From: Nitrososphaerota archaeon
Lineage (GTDB): Archaea > Thermoproteota > Nitrososphaeria > Nitrososphaerales > Nitrosopumilaceae
Direction: 5' to 3'
Length of the DNA stretch: 32,000 bases
Assembly (NCBI GenBank): GCA_022573895.1
Contig: JACZTB010000002.1
Coordinates: forward strand, 30,999-62,998
Part shown: positions 16,358 to 24,606 of the stretch, piece by piece
Layout of the letters: each line of letters starts with the position of its first letter
Position numbering within the stretch: the first letter of the stretch is position 1
The notes under the pieces: generated by a model
Database searches by the model: none
What the model was told of the DNA's origin: nothing
What the model saw: the letters and a program-made list of their open reading frames with translations, nothing else
Translations under genes and position numbers: made by a program

Positions 16358-17616
16358 TTTATTTTTTGTTCAATTTGTTTTTTGATAAACTTTGCAATTT
16401 TTTGTTTATTCATCCATTTTGACACAACAACTTTCTCAGTATCTACAATAATTACCTGATTGTTTTGAGGATTTTTCTTATATCTTGATGAACCAATGTC
16501 GTTTGCTACTATCATATCTGAAGATGATTCTTTTAATTTTTTTTGTGCTGATTTGATTAATTGGTTTTTTGTTAGATTTGTCTCTGCCTTAAAACCTATT
16601 AACAATACATTTTTTTGAAATTTTTTGATTTGATCTATAATTTTTGGTGCTTTTTTGAGGCTGATTTTAATTTTATTTTTTGAACTTTTGATCTTTTTCT
16701 TGCTTGGATTTGTTGGAATATAATCAGCAACTGCTGCAGTCATAATTACAATATCGAATTTTTTCTTTAATTCTCTTTTAACAGCGTTGAACATCTCTTT
16801 ACTAGATAATACATTGATAATCTTTGCACCCTTGGGTGGTTTTTCTTCTCCGGGACCATAAACAAAAGTAACTTTGGCTCCTGCAGAAACTAATTCAGAT
16901 GCTAAACTTACTCCTGTTTTTCCTGTACTTTGATTTGTAATTACTCGTACAGGATCTATATGTTCAATTGTTGGGCCTGCAGTCATTAACACTTTTTTAT
17001 TCTTTAATGCTGATGAGAATCCAAATTTCTTTAAAACATATTCTAAAACATCTTCTGGTTCTGAAGCTTTTGCTTTTCCCTCAATCATTTGAGGAGAAAT
17101 AAACTCAATTTTGTTTTTCAGAAATTGTATATTCTTTTTTACAGCTAAATTCTCATACATTGAATCATGCATAGCCAAACACATTAGAATTGGAATCTTT
17201 GATCCAAACCCTACAGTAAGTACAGTAGAAATTGGTGTATCATCAATACCATTTGCTAATTTTCCTAGTGTATTTGCAGTGGCTGGATATACTATTACTA
17301 GATCTGATTTATTATAATCTGCTAATCTAATATGTTCTAGTTCACCTGTAAGTTTTGTAATTACCTCATTCCCAGTAGCCCATTTGAAATAATCAGGCTG
17401 TATTAATTTTGTAGCGGCATTACTTGTTACACATGTAACATCTGCTCCATGTCTCATAAGTAATCTTGCAAGTTCAATTGCTTTGTATGCTGCAACACTT
17501 CCTGCAACACAAAGTACAATTTTTTTTCCAGATAATTCTACACCATGTGAACTAACAATATCTAAAGATGGATGATCTCTTTTCTTTATCCTCTTTTTAG
17601 CTACCAATTTGTTCAC
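16354..17616 (-). CDS. coaBC: bifunctional phosphopantothenoylcysteine decarboxylase / phosphopantothenate-cysteine ligase
   Basis: 420 aa. The N-terminal flavoprotein domain (KKIVLCVAGSVAAYKAIELARLLMRHGADV, PATANTLGKLANGI) and the C-terminal CoaB domain (LMTAGPTIEHIDPVRVITNQSTGKTG, AAVADY) are both present. Confidence 0.9.
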   Translation of the reverse strand: MNKLVAKKRIKKRDHPSLDIVSSHGVELSGKKIVLCVAGSVAAYKAIELARLLMRHGADVTCVTSNAATKLIQPDYFKWATGNEVITKLTGELEHIRLADYNKSDLVIVYPATANTLGKLANGIDDTPISTVLTVGFGSKIPILMCLAMHDSMYENLAVKKNIQFLKNKIEFISPQMIEGKAKASEPEDVLEYVLKKFGFSSALKNKKVLMTAGPTIEHIDPVRVITNQSTGKTGVSLASELVSAGAKVTFVYGPGEEKPPKGAKIINVLSSKEMFNAVKRELKKKFDIVIMTAAVADYIPTNPSKKKIKSSKNKIKISLKKAPKIIDQIKKFQKNVLLIGFKAETNLTKNQLIKSAQKKLKESSSDMIVANDIGSSRYKKNPQNNQVIIVDTEKVVVSKWMNKQKIAKFIKKQIEQKIK

Positions 17617-18436
17617 GTAATTTTTTTAGCTCTTCTTCATTCATTGAGAACCAGTGCTCTGCTGCAGGAAACACTCCTGATTCCACATCTTTTTTGAAAA
17701 TATCAAGTGATTTTACAATATCTTCAGATAAATTCATGTATCTTTTTGCAAATTTTGGTTTTATCTTATCGTACATTCCTAACAAATCTTGAACAACTAG
17801 TACTTGTCCATCACAACTTACTCCTGAACCGATTCCAATTGTAGGAACACTAACAGTTTCAGTGATTATCTCTGCAACTTCATGACTGACCATTTCTAAT
17901 ACAATACTAAACACACCTGCTTCTTCAAGCTCTTTTGCATCCTCAATTAACCTCATTGCTGTATCTTTTGTTTTTCCTTGTACTTTGTATCCTTGTGAAA
18001 GCATTGTTGTTTGAGGTTGTAATCCAATATGACCCATTACTGGAATTCCTATATCCACAATTGCACTAATTGTCTCAGCCATTACTGAACCTCCTTCAAG
18101 TTTCACAGCATCAGATCCTGCTTTAATTAATCTACCAGAATTATTGATAGCATCTTCTATACTTACTTGGTATGACATAAATGGCAAATCTGATACTAGT
18201 AACGAATTCTCTCTTGCTCTACTAACTGCCTCTGTAAACATACACATTTGATCCATAGTTACAGGAATTGTATTTTCATAACCAAGCATCACCATTCCTG
18301 CACTATCTCCAACTAACAATACATCAATTCCTGATTTATCACACAGAGAAGCCAGAGTGTAATCATAACTTGTAATTACTGAAATTCTTTTCTTTTCTTT
18401 TTTCATATTCAGAATATCTTGTACTGTTTTATGCAA
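17597..18436 (-). CDS. panB: 3-methyl-2-oxobutanoate hydroxymethyltransferase (ketopantoate hydroxymethyltransferase)
   Basis: ITSYDYTLASLCDKSGIDVLLVGDSAGMVMLGY, VKLEGG and IGLQPQ are canonical PanB motifs. It overlaps coaBC by 20 nt and the upstream gene by 8 nt. Confidence 0.92.
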   Translation of the reverse strand: MHKTVQDILNMKKEKKRISVITSYDYTLASLCDKSGIDVLLVGDSAGMVMLGYENTIPVTMDQMCMFTEAVSRARENSLLVSDLPFMSYQVSIEDAINNSGRLIKAGSDAVKLEGGSVMAETISAIVDIGIPVMGHIGLQPQTTMLSQGYKVQGKTKDTAMRLIEDAKELEEAGVFSIVLEMVSHEVAEIITETVSVPTIGIGSGVSCDGQVLVVQDLLGMYDKIKPKFAKRYMNLSEDIVKSLDIFKKDVESGVFPAAEHWFSMNEEELKKLREQIGS

Positions 18437-19193
18437 CTCTAGCCATCCTTGTAAGATTATTTTTTATTTGAATTACATTTTCTGTGAGATTTTTCTTATT
18501 GTCAAAATTATCAACAACTTTTTGGAGAATTTTTCGATTCTTTTTAGATAGTTTTTTAGATTCATTAATTAACAAATCAATTGCTCGTGTAACATTATCA
18601 ACAATTGTAATGCTAGCAGTTTGTGAAGTTCTAGAAAGAGGATTTAGATCAATTGTAATAACAATTTTTCCTGCTTTCCTAAGTGCCATCGTTCTGTCCC
18701 CATCTTCTAGGGGTACAACTACAACATCAGCTGCAAAAATTCCATTTTTATCCACAATCCTTCTAGCTGAATCAATACCTGATAGTTTTGTAGATGAAGT
18801 AAGACTCGTACCTAAAATCTCTCTTGCTCCATTCTTTTTGAGCGTCTTAATTATAACCTGTTTCCTCTTTTCATTAACATAAAACAGATTTACCTCAAGT
18901 TTTGCCTTGATCTGTTTTGATAGTCTTACAATTTGTTTGGGACATAATGCTGCTATATTTCCATTAACTGAGATTACAGGTATATCAGCTAAAAGAAGTT
19001 GTGCAGCTGCAGCCTTAATGGCCTGCTTTGAAGCCCTGCCAGTTTTTTCTCCTAGTAGGTAATCAAAAGCTTCTCCTCTTCCTTGGGCCAGGAGTCCTTC
19101 TTTTGCGACTAATCCATTATCAAATCCATTTATTAGTTTTTCACGAATTAAAAGTGATTTAGCTCTTGGATGTGATTTAGGAATTACAGGCAT
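18429..19193 (-). CDS. 4-phosphopantoate--beta-alanine ligase (archaeal phosphopantothenate synthetase)
   Basis: IPKSHPRAKSLLIREKL, GLLAQGRGEAFDYLLGEKT, VISVNGNIAAL, VVVVPLEDGDRT and ITIDLNPLSRT closely follow the archaeal PPS family known from Thermococcus kodakarensis. Confidence 0.88.
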   Translation of the reverse strand: MPVIPKSHPRAKSLLIREKLINGFDNGLVAKEGLLAQGRGEAFDYLLGEKTGRASKQAIKAAAAQLLLADIPVISVNGNIAALCPKQIVRLSKQIKAKLEVNLFYVNEKRKQVIIKTLKKNGAREILGTSLTSSTKLSGIDSARRIVDKNGIFAADVVVVPLEDGDRTMALRKAGKIVITIDLNPLSRTSQTASITIVDNVTRAIDLLINESKKLSKKNRKILQKVVDNFDNKKNLTENVIQIKNNLTRMARVA

Positions 19194-19203
19194 GTAATTT
19201 CAA

Positions 19204-20115
19204 TTAATTGTAAAGAACTCTTGCTCCATTATCATCCAATTCTGATTTTATTACTATTCCATCTGGATATTTTTGTAAAATCTCTAAAACTAATTCTTCA
19301 TCTTCTTTTGGAATCATTGAAAAAATTGTCTCTCCAAAAAATGCAATTCCACATTTAATATTATTTTTATATAATTCATCGACTAATTTTTGCATTCTTG
19401 GAGTTATAACATCCACAAATTTTGCAAATTCTAATGACATATCTTGAAAATGTTCATAATTTTTTGATTCTAATAATCTGTTTACCATTTTTCCACCAAG
19501 ACCATTAATTTGAGATAAACGTTCTTTGATGAATTTATTCGTAGAAATTGGAGAGAAACATATCGTAATTACAGAAATATTATCGATAAAGATTTTCTTA
19601 ACACAACCAATGCCTGGAGCACCAGGTTTTACACGAATTTCAAACCCACCATGAAATGATGCCAAAACATCTCCTAATCCAGTTTTACAATTAACTTCTG
19701 CATTGTGTGCAATTTGTCCAATTGTTGTTTTATCTAATTCTGTTTTAAGAGCTTGATCTAATGCAAATGATAGTGATAATGCAACTGCACTACTGGAACC
19801 TAAACCATATCCTACTGGAATTGATATCTTGTGTTCAATATTAAAAAACTTGTTTGAAAATTTTCCGAGTTTTAAGAATTCATTTAAGACAAATTCTGAA
19901 ACATCTGTTTTATCTGATTGATATCCCTTTATCGTTATTCTAAAGTTTGGTTTTTGATTATCTTTTGTGTCTACTTTTACTCTTGTTGTAACTCCTTGTT
20001 TAATTGAGAATCCTGCTCCTGTAGATCCTAAATTTTCTAAAGAATTTTGATTGTCATCTAAATGAGCTTTGAAAAAGCCTGTGATGTGAGCAGGACAAAA
20101 TGCCGTAGCCTCCAT
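19204..20115 (-). CDS. pantoate kinase (archaeal GHMP-family kinase)
   Basis: The N-terminal FCPAHITGFF, the GHMP motif PVGYGLGSSSAVALS, the 303-aa length, and its position directly upstream of PPS all fit. Confidence 0.82.
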   Translation of the reverse strand: MEATAFCPAHITGFFKAHLDDNQNSLENLGSTGAGFSIKQGVTTRVKVDTKDNQKPNFRITIKGYQSDKTDVSEFVLNEFLKLGKFSNKFFNIEHKISIPVGYGLGSSSAVALSLSFALDQALKTELDKTTIGQIAHNAEVNCKTGLGDVLASFHGGFEIRVKPGAPGIGCVKKIFIDNISVITICFSPISTNKFIKERLSQINGLGGKMVNRLLESKNYEHFQDMSLEFAKFVDVITPRMQKLVDELYKNNIKCGIAFFGETIFSMIPKEDEELVLEILQKYPDGIVIKSELDDNGARVLYN

Positions 20116-20180
20116 TGATATTAGTTTAAATTTTACACAAAATATAAGAATATGGCTTAAATTAATTAAATTAGTATAAA

Positions 20181-21158
20181 TTGACTAAATTTGTTCGACG
20201 CCTACAAAGAATTGGAAGTAGCATCCTAGTATCACTACCAAAAGAGTGGGTTGACGCAAATAATCTAAATAAAGGTAATCAAGTCGAGATCGAAACCGGA
20301 CAAGGCAGTATTTCAATTTCTGCATACAAAGAAACACGCCCAACAAAAGAACTTGTAATTTCTTATCCATTACCAAAAGAAGAAAATATTGTAGCTGACA
20401 TTACGGGAGCTTATCTTTTAGGATATGATATCATTCAAATTAATTCAAAATCGTTCATTCCAGGAGAAGATAGAGAAAAGATTCGTAATTCTATGAGAAG
20501 ATTAGTTGGAATGGAAATCATTGAGGAAGATGCATCTCACATTAACATGCAATTTCTTTTGGACGCAACAACACTCAATCCAGAAAAAATTCTCAAACGA
20601 ATGAGTTCACTTTCACTTGGTATGTATACTGATGCATCAAACGGATTAATTTTAGATGACAAGTCTAATTTACAAACATTGTCAAATCGTGATGTTGAGG
20701 TAAATAGACAATATTTTTTACTTGTTCGTTTAATTCGTAGTGCACTTGTTGATCAAAGATTAGCTAATGTATTTAATTTAGAAAATATTGATGTTCTTGA
20801 TTATAGAGTTGCAGCTAATCTTCTTGAAAATGCAGGTGATTCAATTGTTGAACTTTCAAATCTCATTTATAACTCATCTTTATCAAAAGAACACTCAGAA
20901 AAAATATTTGATGTAGTTAGATATTTTAATAAACTTGCAGAAAAATCCATTAACGCATTTACAAAATCTGATAGGCTTTTAGCTATTGAAGCAATATCAT
21001 TACATAAAAAATATGAAGAAAAACTTAGTAAACTAAGAATTAGATCAGGTAATAAAAAACAGATTCCAATTGATTTTCTTGATTTAGTGTATATGTTTGA
21101 AAAAATAGCACAATCTTGGGCTGATGTAGCAGATCTGGTACAGCCTATCTACAATTAA
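20181..21158 (+). CDS. AbrB/SpoVT-domain + PhoU-like regulator
   Basis: TTG start is required. The N-terminal RRLQRIGSSILVSLPKEWVDANNLNKGNQVEIE is an AbrB-type swapped-hairpin motif. The remainder is helical with the PhoU-like repeat pattern seen in archaeal PhoU homologues. Confidence 0.6.
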   Translation: MTKFVRRLQRIGSSILVSLPKEWVDANNLNKGNQVEIETGQGSISISAYKETRPTKELVISYPLPKEENIVADITGAYLLGYDIIQINSKSFIPGEDREKIRNSMRRLVGMEIIEEDASHINMQFLLDATTLNPEKILKRMSSLSLGMYTDASNGLILDDKSNLQTLSNRDVEVNRQYFLLVRLIRSALVDQRLANVFNLENIDVLDYRVAANLLENAGDSIVELSNLIYNSSLSKEHSEKIFDVVRYFNKLAEKSINAFTKSDRLLAIEAISLHKKYEEKLSKLRIRSGNKKQIPIDFLDLVYMFEKIAQSWADVADLVQPIYN

Positions 21159-21161
21159 TAA

Positions 21162-21677
21162 TTAGTATAGTTTCTTTTTAGTAACATAAGTTAACACTGC
21201 ACAAATTGTTTTTGAATCTTGAATTTTCCCAGATTTTATCATTCTAAGTAACTTTTGCATATCCATTTTTACTACAGATAATATTTCATCATCATCTAGT
21301 TTTAAATCAGCAATTTTCTTTAATCCTGAGGCTACAAAACAGTGAATCTTCTCAGTATTATAGCCAATTGATGGATAGTAGGTAATTAGTGGAGTCATCT
21401 TTTTTGCTCTATATCCAGTCTCTTCTTCTAGTTCTCTGAATGCACATTTTATTGGTTCTTCTCTTTTTTCTAATGTTCCAGCAGGAATCTCTAAAACATA
21501 TCCATGAAGAAATCTATGTTGTTTAACAAGAATTACTTTATTTTCTTCATCAAAAGCAAGCATTGCTGCAGCACCTCGATGTTCTATTATCTCACGTTTG
21601 ACTCTTCTTCCCTCTATTTTTCCATCATAAACGCTAAGACCTAAAATTTTTCCCTCATAGATTTTCTTTTTCTTCAC
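21162..21677 (-). CDS. NUDIX hydrolase (ADP-ribose pyrophosphatase-like)
   Basis: The Nudix box GTLEKREEPIKCAFRELEEETGY is present, and the 171-aa NudF-like layout fits. Confidence 0.85.
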   Translation of the reverse strand: MKKKKIYEGKILGLSVYDGKIEGRRVKREIIEHRGAAAMLAFDEENKVILVKQHRFLHGYVLEIPAGTLEKREEPIKCAFRELEEETGYRAKKMTPLITYYPSIGYNTEKIHCFVASGLKKIADLKLDDDEILSVVKMDMQKLLRMIKSGKIQDSKTICAVLTYVTKKKLY

Positions 21678-21707
21678 AAAAAATGTTAGAAATTGTTGTT
21701 ATTTAAT

Positions 21708-22604
21708 TTATTTGATATCTAAATGTAATTTAGATGATTTTTTAAAATCCTTAATAGCTTTTTCTAACCATTTGATGTAAAATGAGATCTTTTTTGGAAT
21801 GAACAAATCTGCTGATTTTACATTTTCAATGGTTCTAACTTTTTGGGTTAGCTCATCCATCTTGAAAATACTATCACTATACATAAACAAGACAATTTGA
21901 TTTTTTGCGATAAAAGGAATTTGTAAATATGATTCAGAAAAAGTATTATTCAAATTTTCTAATGTTTCTTTCAATTTACCTTTTATCCAAGTGAGAATAA
22001 CATGAGGAATAAAACTTTCAATTTTTTTAGAATTATAAACTAAGGTGAATTGAATCCCATCATTTTCCTGTAATTTTTCAATACATCTCGTTATTGTTTT
22101 TGTTGACAAGTTTATATTTTTAGCAATATTTTCAATTTTCTGTTTAGGATCTTTTATTAATTCCTCTAGTATTTCTAAATCTGTTTTTGTAAGATTTGAA
22201 TTAAATCCCGAATTTTCTGCTTCAAAAATTGAAAGGACTCTAACATCCTTCATCAATTTACTTGCAAGCTCAATTTTTTGTTTCACATTTTCTTTTACAA
22301 CAATACCACAAACCGTAATTCCACCTATACACGGTACTACGAAATATGGCTCACCTACAAGACTTACTTGTTCTAAAATCTCGTTGATGTTTTCTCCTGA
22401 TACAACAAAGTACAAAACACCATAACCAAATACTGTTGGTTCTACTTTAATGAAAAACTCTTCAATTATCTCTTTTTCTTCCATTTTTCTAATTCTAGCA
22501 CGTACTGCTCCACCAGATATTCCCAATTTCATGCCTATTTTTCTATCAGATTCTCTACAATTATTCAAAAGTCTGCTTAGAATTTTCATATCTAAATTGT
22601 CCAT
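21708..22604 (-). CDS. tandem (duplicated) Lrp/AsnC-like protein
   Basis: It contains two Lrp-like modules in one chain. These are LDMKILSRLLNNCRESDRKIGMKLGISGGAVRARIRKMEEKEII plus an effector-like domain, then TDLEILEELIKDPKQKIENIAKNINLSTKTITRCIEKLQENDGI plus a second effector-like domain. Confidence 0.7.
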   Translation of the reverse strand: MDNLDMKILSRLLNNCRESDRKIGMKLGISGGAVRARIRKMEEKEIIEEFFIKVEPTVFGYGVLYFVVSGENINEILEQVSLVGEPYFVVPCIGGITVCGIVVKENVKQKIELASKLMKDVRVLSIFEAENSGFNSNLTKTDLEILEELIKDPKQKIENIAKNINLSTKTITRCIEKLQENDGIQFTLVYNSKKIESFIPHVILTWIKGKLKETLENLNNTFSESYLQIPFIAKNQIVLFMYSDSIFKMDELTQKVRTIENVKSADLFIPKKISFYIKWLEKAIKDFKKSSKLHLDIK

Positions 22605-22664
22605 TTTATCACTTAAAATAGCTCCATAGAATGTATAAATAACTTATTTAATATAAAATTGTCT

Positions 22665-22677
22665 ATACTATTAGTAT
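22665..22677. promoter_or_regulatory. 13-bp palindrome ATACTA-T-TAGTAT, candidate operator in the divergent intergenic region
   Basis: Perfect 6-bp inverted arms around a single central T. It is the only such element in the 114-bp spacer between the tandem Lrp-like gene and the ABC operon, and it overlaps TATA-like sequence. Confidence 0.3.
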
Positions 22678-22718
22678 TATATAGCAATTACATTAAATAT
22701 TAGACTATTTTATTAACT

Positions 22719-23909
22719 TTGTTGGATTATAGATTAAGATTAGCAAAAAGAATGCTATTCAATAAAAGAGGTAGTTTGATTGGTGCAGTTTTAGCTGTAA
22801 CTATTGGAATTATGGTAATTCATGTAAATTTTGTAATATTTCAAGGGTTGTTTGATGCCATAGTTAGAGATATCAGTAATTACAGAAACGGTGACATTCT
22901 TGTAACTGATGAAGCTGATTATATCAGTAAATCAGATTTATCACTTGTAAATTGGTTTGAAAGAATTCCATTTGTTGAAGCAGCTACTCCGCGGCTTTCA
23001 TCGACTGCTGAAATAAATATGACAAAAAATGGATACCGAATTGAAGAATTTAGAGTACCTTTAGTTGGTGTTGATCCATTTCGTGATATTATGGCATCAA
23101 CTGTTCATGAAACTGTTTCAGAAGGTAGCTATGTCTTTTCAAGAAATTCTATTGTGTTAGGATCTAATGTTGCAAGAGATCTTGGAGGAGCTGAAGTAGG
23201 TGATAGTGTTAAAGTTCTTGTAGTTGATAGATGGGGGCAAGATCAAATTCGAAGATTCACAGTTTCTGGAATTGCAAATTCACCTGGTGGTCAAGGATTT
23301 GATTATACTGCTGTTGTACACATTGATACTTTACGTGATATGTTAAGTAGAAATGGAGAAATTAGTTCATTAATGGTAAAACTAAATGATCCTTCCAAAG
23401 CATTAGAAGTAAAAGAATTCTTTTTACGTTCATTTCCTAATGATGACTTTCTTGCACAAACTATAGAAGAATCAGCAGAACAACAACTTGCTGGTTTTAG
23501 ATCTGGCATTGCAATGATCAACATAATAGGCTATTTTGGAATGATGTCATCAGCATTTGCTATTGTTACAATTCAAATGATGTTAGTAAATGGAAAAACT
23601 AAAGAAATTGGTATTATGAGAGCAATAGGAGCTAAAAGAAAAGATATTCTAATAATTTTTATTCTTCAAGGAATGATTATTGGGGCAATTGGTACTGGAG
23701 TGGGAACTGCAGCAGGATTAGGTTATACATTTTATGCAAAGGAAACAAAAATGTCATGGAATAATAGCCTCCCTCTTGAAGTCACCTATAACTGGGGAAA
23801 AATAATACAAACTGCTCTTACTTCATTCATCTTGGCAATTATTGCATCACTATATCCATCGTATAGAGCAACCAAGTTGTTGCCTGTGGAGGCTATGAGA
23901 ACTGTCTAA
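22719..23909 (+). CDS. ABC transporter permease, MacB/LolC/FtsX (type VII) family
   Basis: TTG start. The N-terminal LAKRMLFNKRGSLIGAVLAVTIGI (TM1) is followed by a large extracytoplasmic domain of about 220 aa. A C-terminal FtsX-type three-TM bundle follows (GIMRAIGAKRKDILIIFILQG...). Confidence 0.85.
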   Translation: MLDYRLRLAKRMLFNKRGSLIGAVLAVTIGIMVIHVNFVIFQGLFDAIVRDISNYRNGDILVTDEADYISKSDLSLVNWFERIPFVEAATPRLSSTAEINMTKNGYRIEEFRVPLVGVDPFRDIMASTVHETVSEGSYVFSRNSIVLGSNVARDLGGAEVGDSVKVLVVDRWGQDQIRRFTVSGIANSPGGQGFDYTAVVHIDTLRDMLSRNGEISSLMVKLNDPSKALEVKEFFLRSFPNDDFLAQTIEESAEQQLAGFRSGIAMINIIGYFGMMSSAFAIVTIQMMLVNGKTKEIGIMRAIGAKRKDILIIFILQGMIIGAIGTGVGTAAGLGYTFYAKETKMSWNNSLPLEVTYNWGKIIQTALTSFILAIIASLYPSYRATKLLPVEAMRTV

Positions 23910-24606
23910 AGTACTTGAAATCAAGAATCTGAGTAAAATTTACGGAAAAGGAGAAAACAAAGTAAAGGCTCTTGATAATGTATCATTTTCAGTTGAGCAG
24001 GGAGAAGTTATCTTAGTTGTTGGAAGTTCTGGTTCTGGTAAATCCACATTACTTAACATGATTGGGTTATTAGATAATCCCACAAATGGAAAGATCCTCA
24101 TTGATGGAATTGACACCACAACATTTGATGACAATAAAACTTCCTCATTTAGAAATAAAAAATTGGGATTTATCTTCCAATTTTCTAATTTGCTCAGTGA
24201 CCTATCAGTATTAGAAAATGTATTGTTACCCAGACAAATTGCTGGAACTAATAGTACCGCTGAAAAAGATGCTAGAGATTTACTAAAAGCAGTTGGACTT
24301 GAAGACCAAATGCATCAACGTACAAATAAGATTTCAGGTGGACAATCTCAAAGAGCAGCAATTGCAAGAGGATTAATCAACAAGCCTTCAATTGTTTTAG
24401 CAGATGAACCAACTGGTAATCTTGATTCAGTTACTTCAGCAACAATTGTTCAATTAATGAAATCAATGGCAAAAAAACTTAATCAAACATTCATTATAGT
24501 TACACATGATAGACAACAATTTGGTAATGTAGATAAAATAATTACCATGAAAGATGGTAAAGCCTTTGAAGGTGTTCAGCCCTCAGAAATGGAAGTTTTT
24601 GTATAA
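23902..24606 (+). CDS. ABC transporter ATP-binding protein (MacB/LolD-like), start codon non-canonical or unresolved
   Basis: The track ORF starts at the ATG at 24058, but Walker A GSSGSGKST (24022..24048) lies upstream in the same frame. That frame opens after a TGA at 23896..23898 and has no ATG/GTG/TTG before 24058. A CTG at 23902 would give (M)SKVLEIKNLSKIYGKGENKVKAL, a typical ABC N-terminus. The Q-loop, signature ISGGQSQR, Walker B IVLADEPT and H-loop VTHD are all intact. Confidence 0.7.
   Translation: MSKVLEIKNLSKIYGKGENKVKALDNVSFSVEQGEVILVVGSSGSGKSTLLNMIGLLDNPTNGKILIDGIDTTTFDDNKTSSFRNKKLGFIFQFSNLLSDLSVLENVLLPRQIAGTNSTAEKDARDLLKAVGLEDQMHQRTNKISGGQSQRAAIARGLINKPSIVLADEPTGNLDSVTSATIVQLMKSMAKKLNQTFIIVTHDRQQFGNVDKIITMKDGKAFEGVQPSEMEVFV

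Noticed and set aside
18484-18882. 132-aa plus-strand ORF antisense to the phosphopantothenate synthetase gene
   Set aside because: It is a shadow of a confidently assigned gene, with no motifs and a hydrophobic, low-complexity composition. The same reasoning applies to 17111..17317, 15020..15220, 15264..15482, 12907..13134, 11782..11991, 10531..10767, 10605..10865, 10252..10464, 7147..7332, 20185..20376, 23303..23524, 24542..24736, 24669..24863, 27671..27862 and 31407..31709.
23940-24134. 64-aa minus-strand ORF overlapping the N-terminal region of the ABC ATPase
   Set aside because: It is antisense to the Walker A-encoding segment. The plus frame encodes a perfect ABC N-terminus, so this ORF is a shadow.
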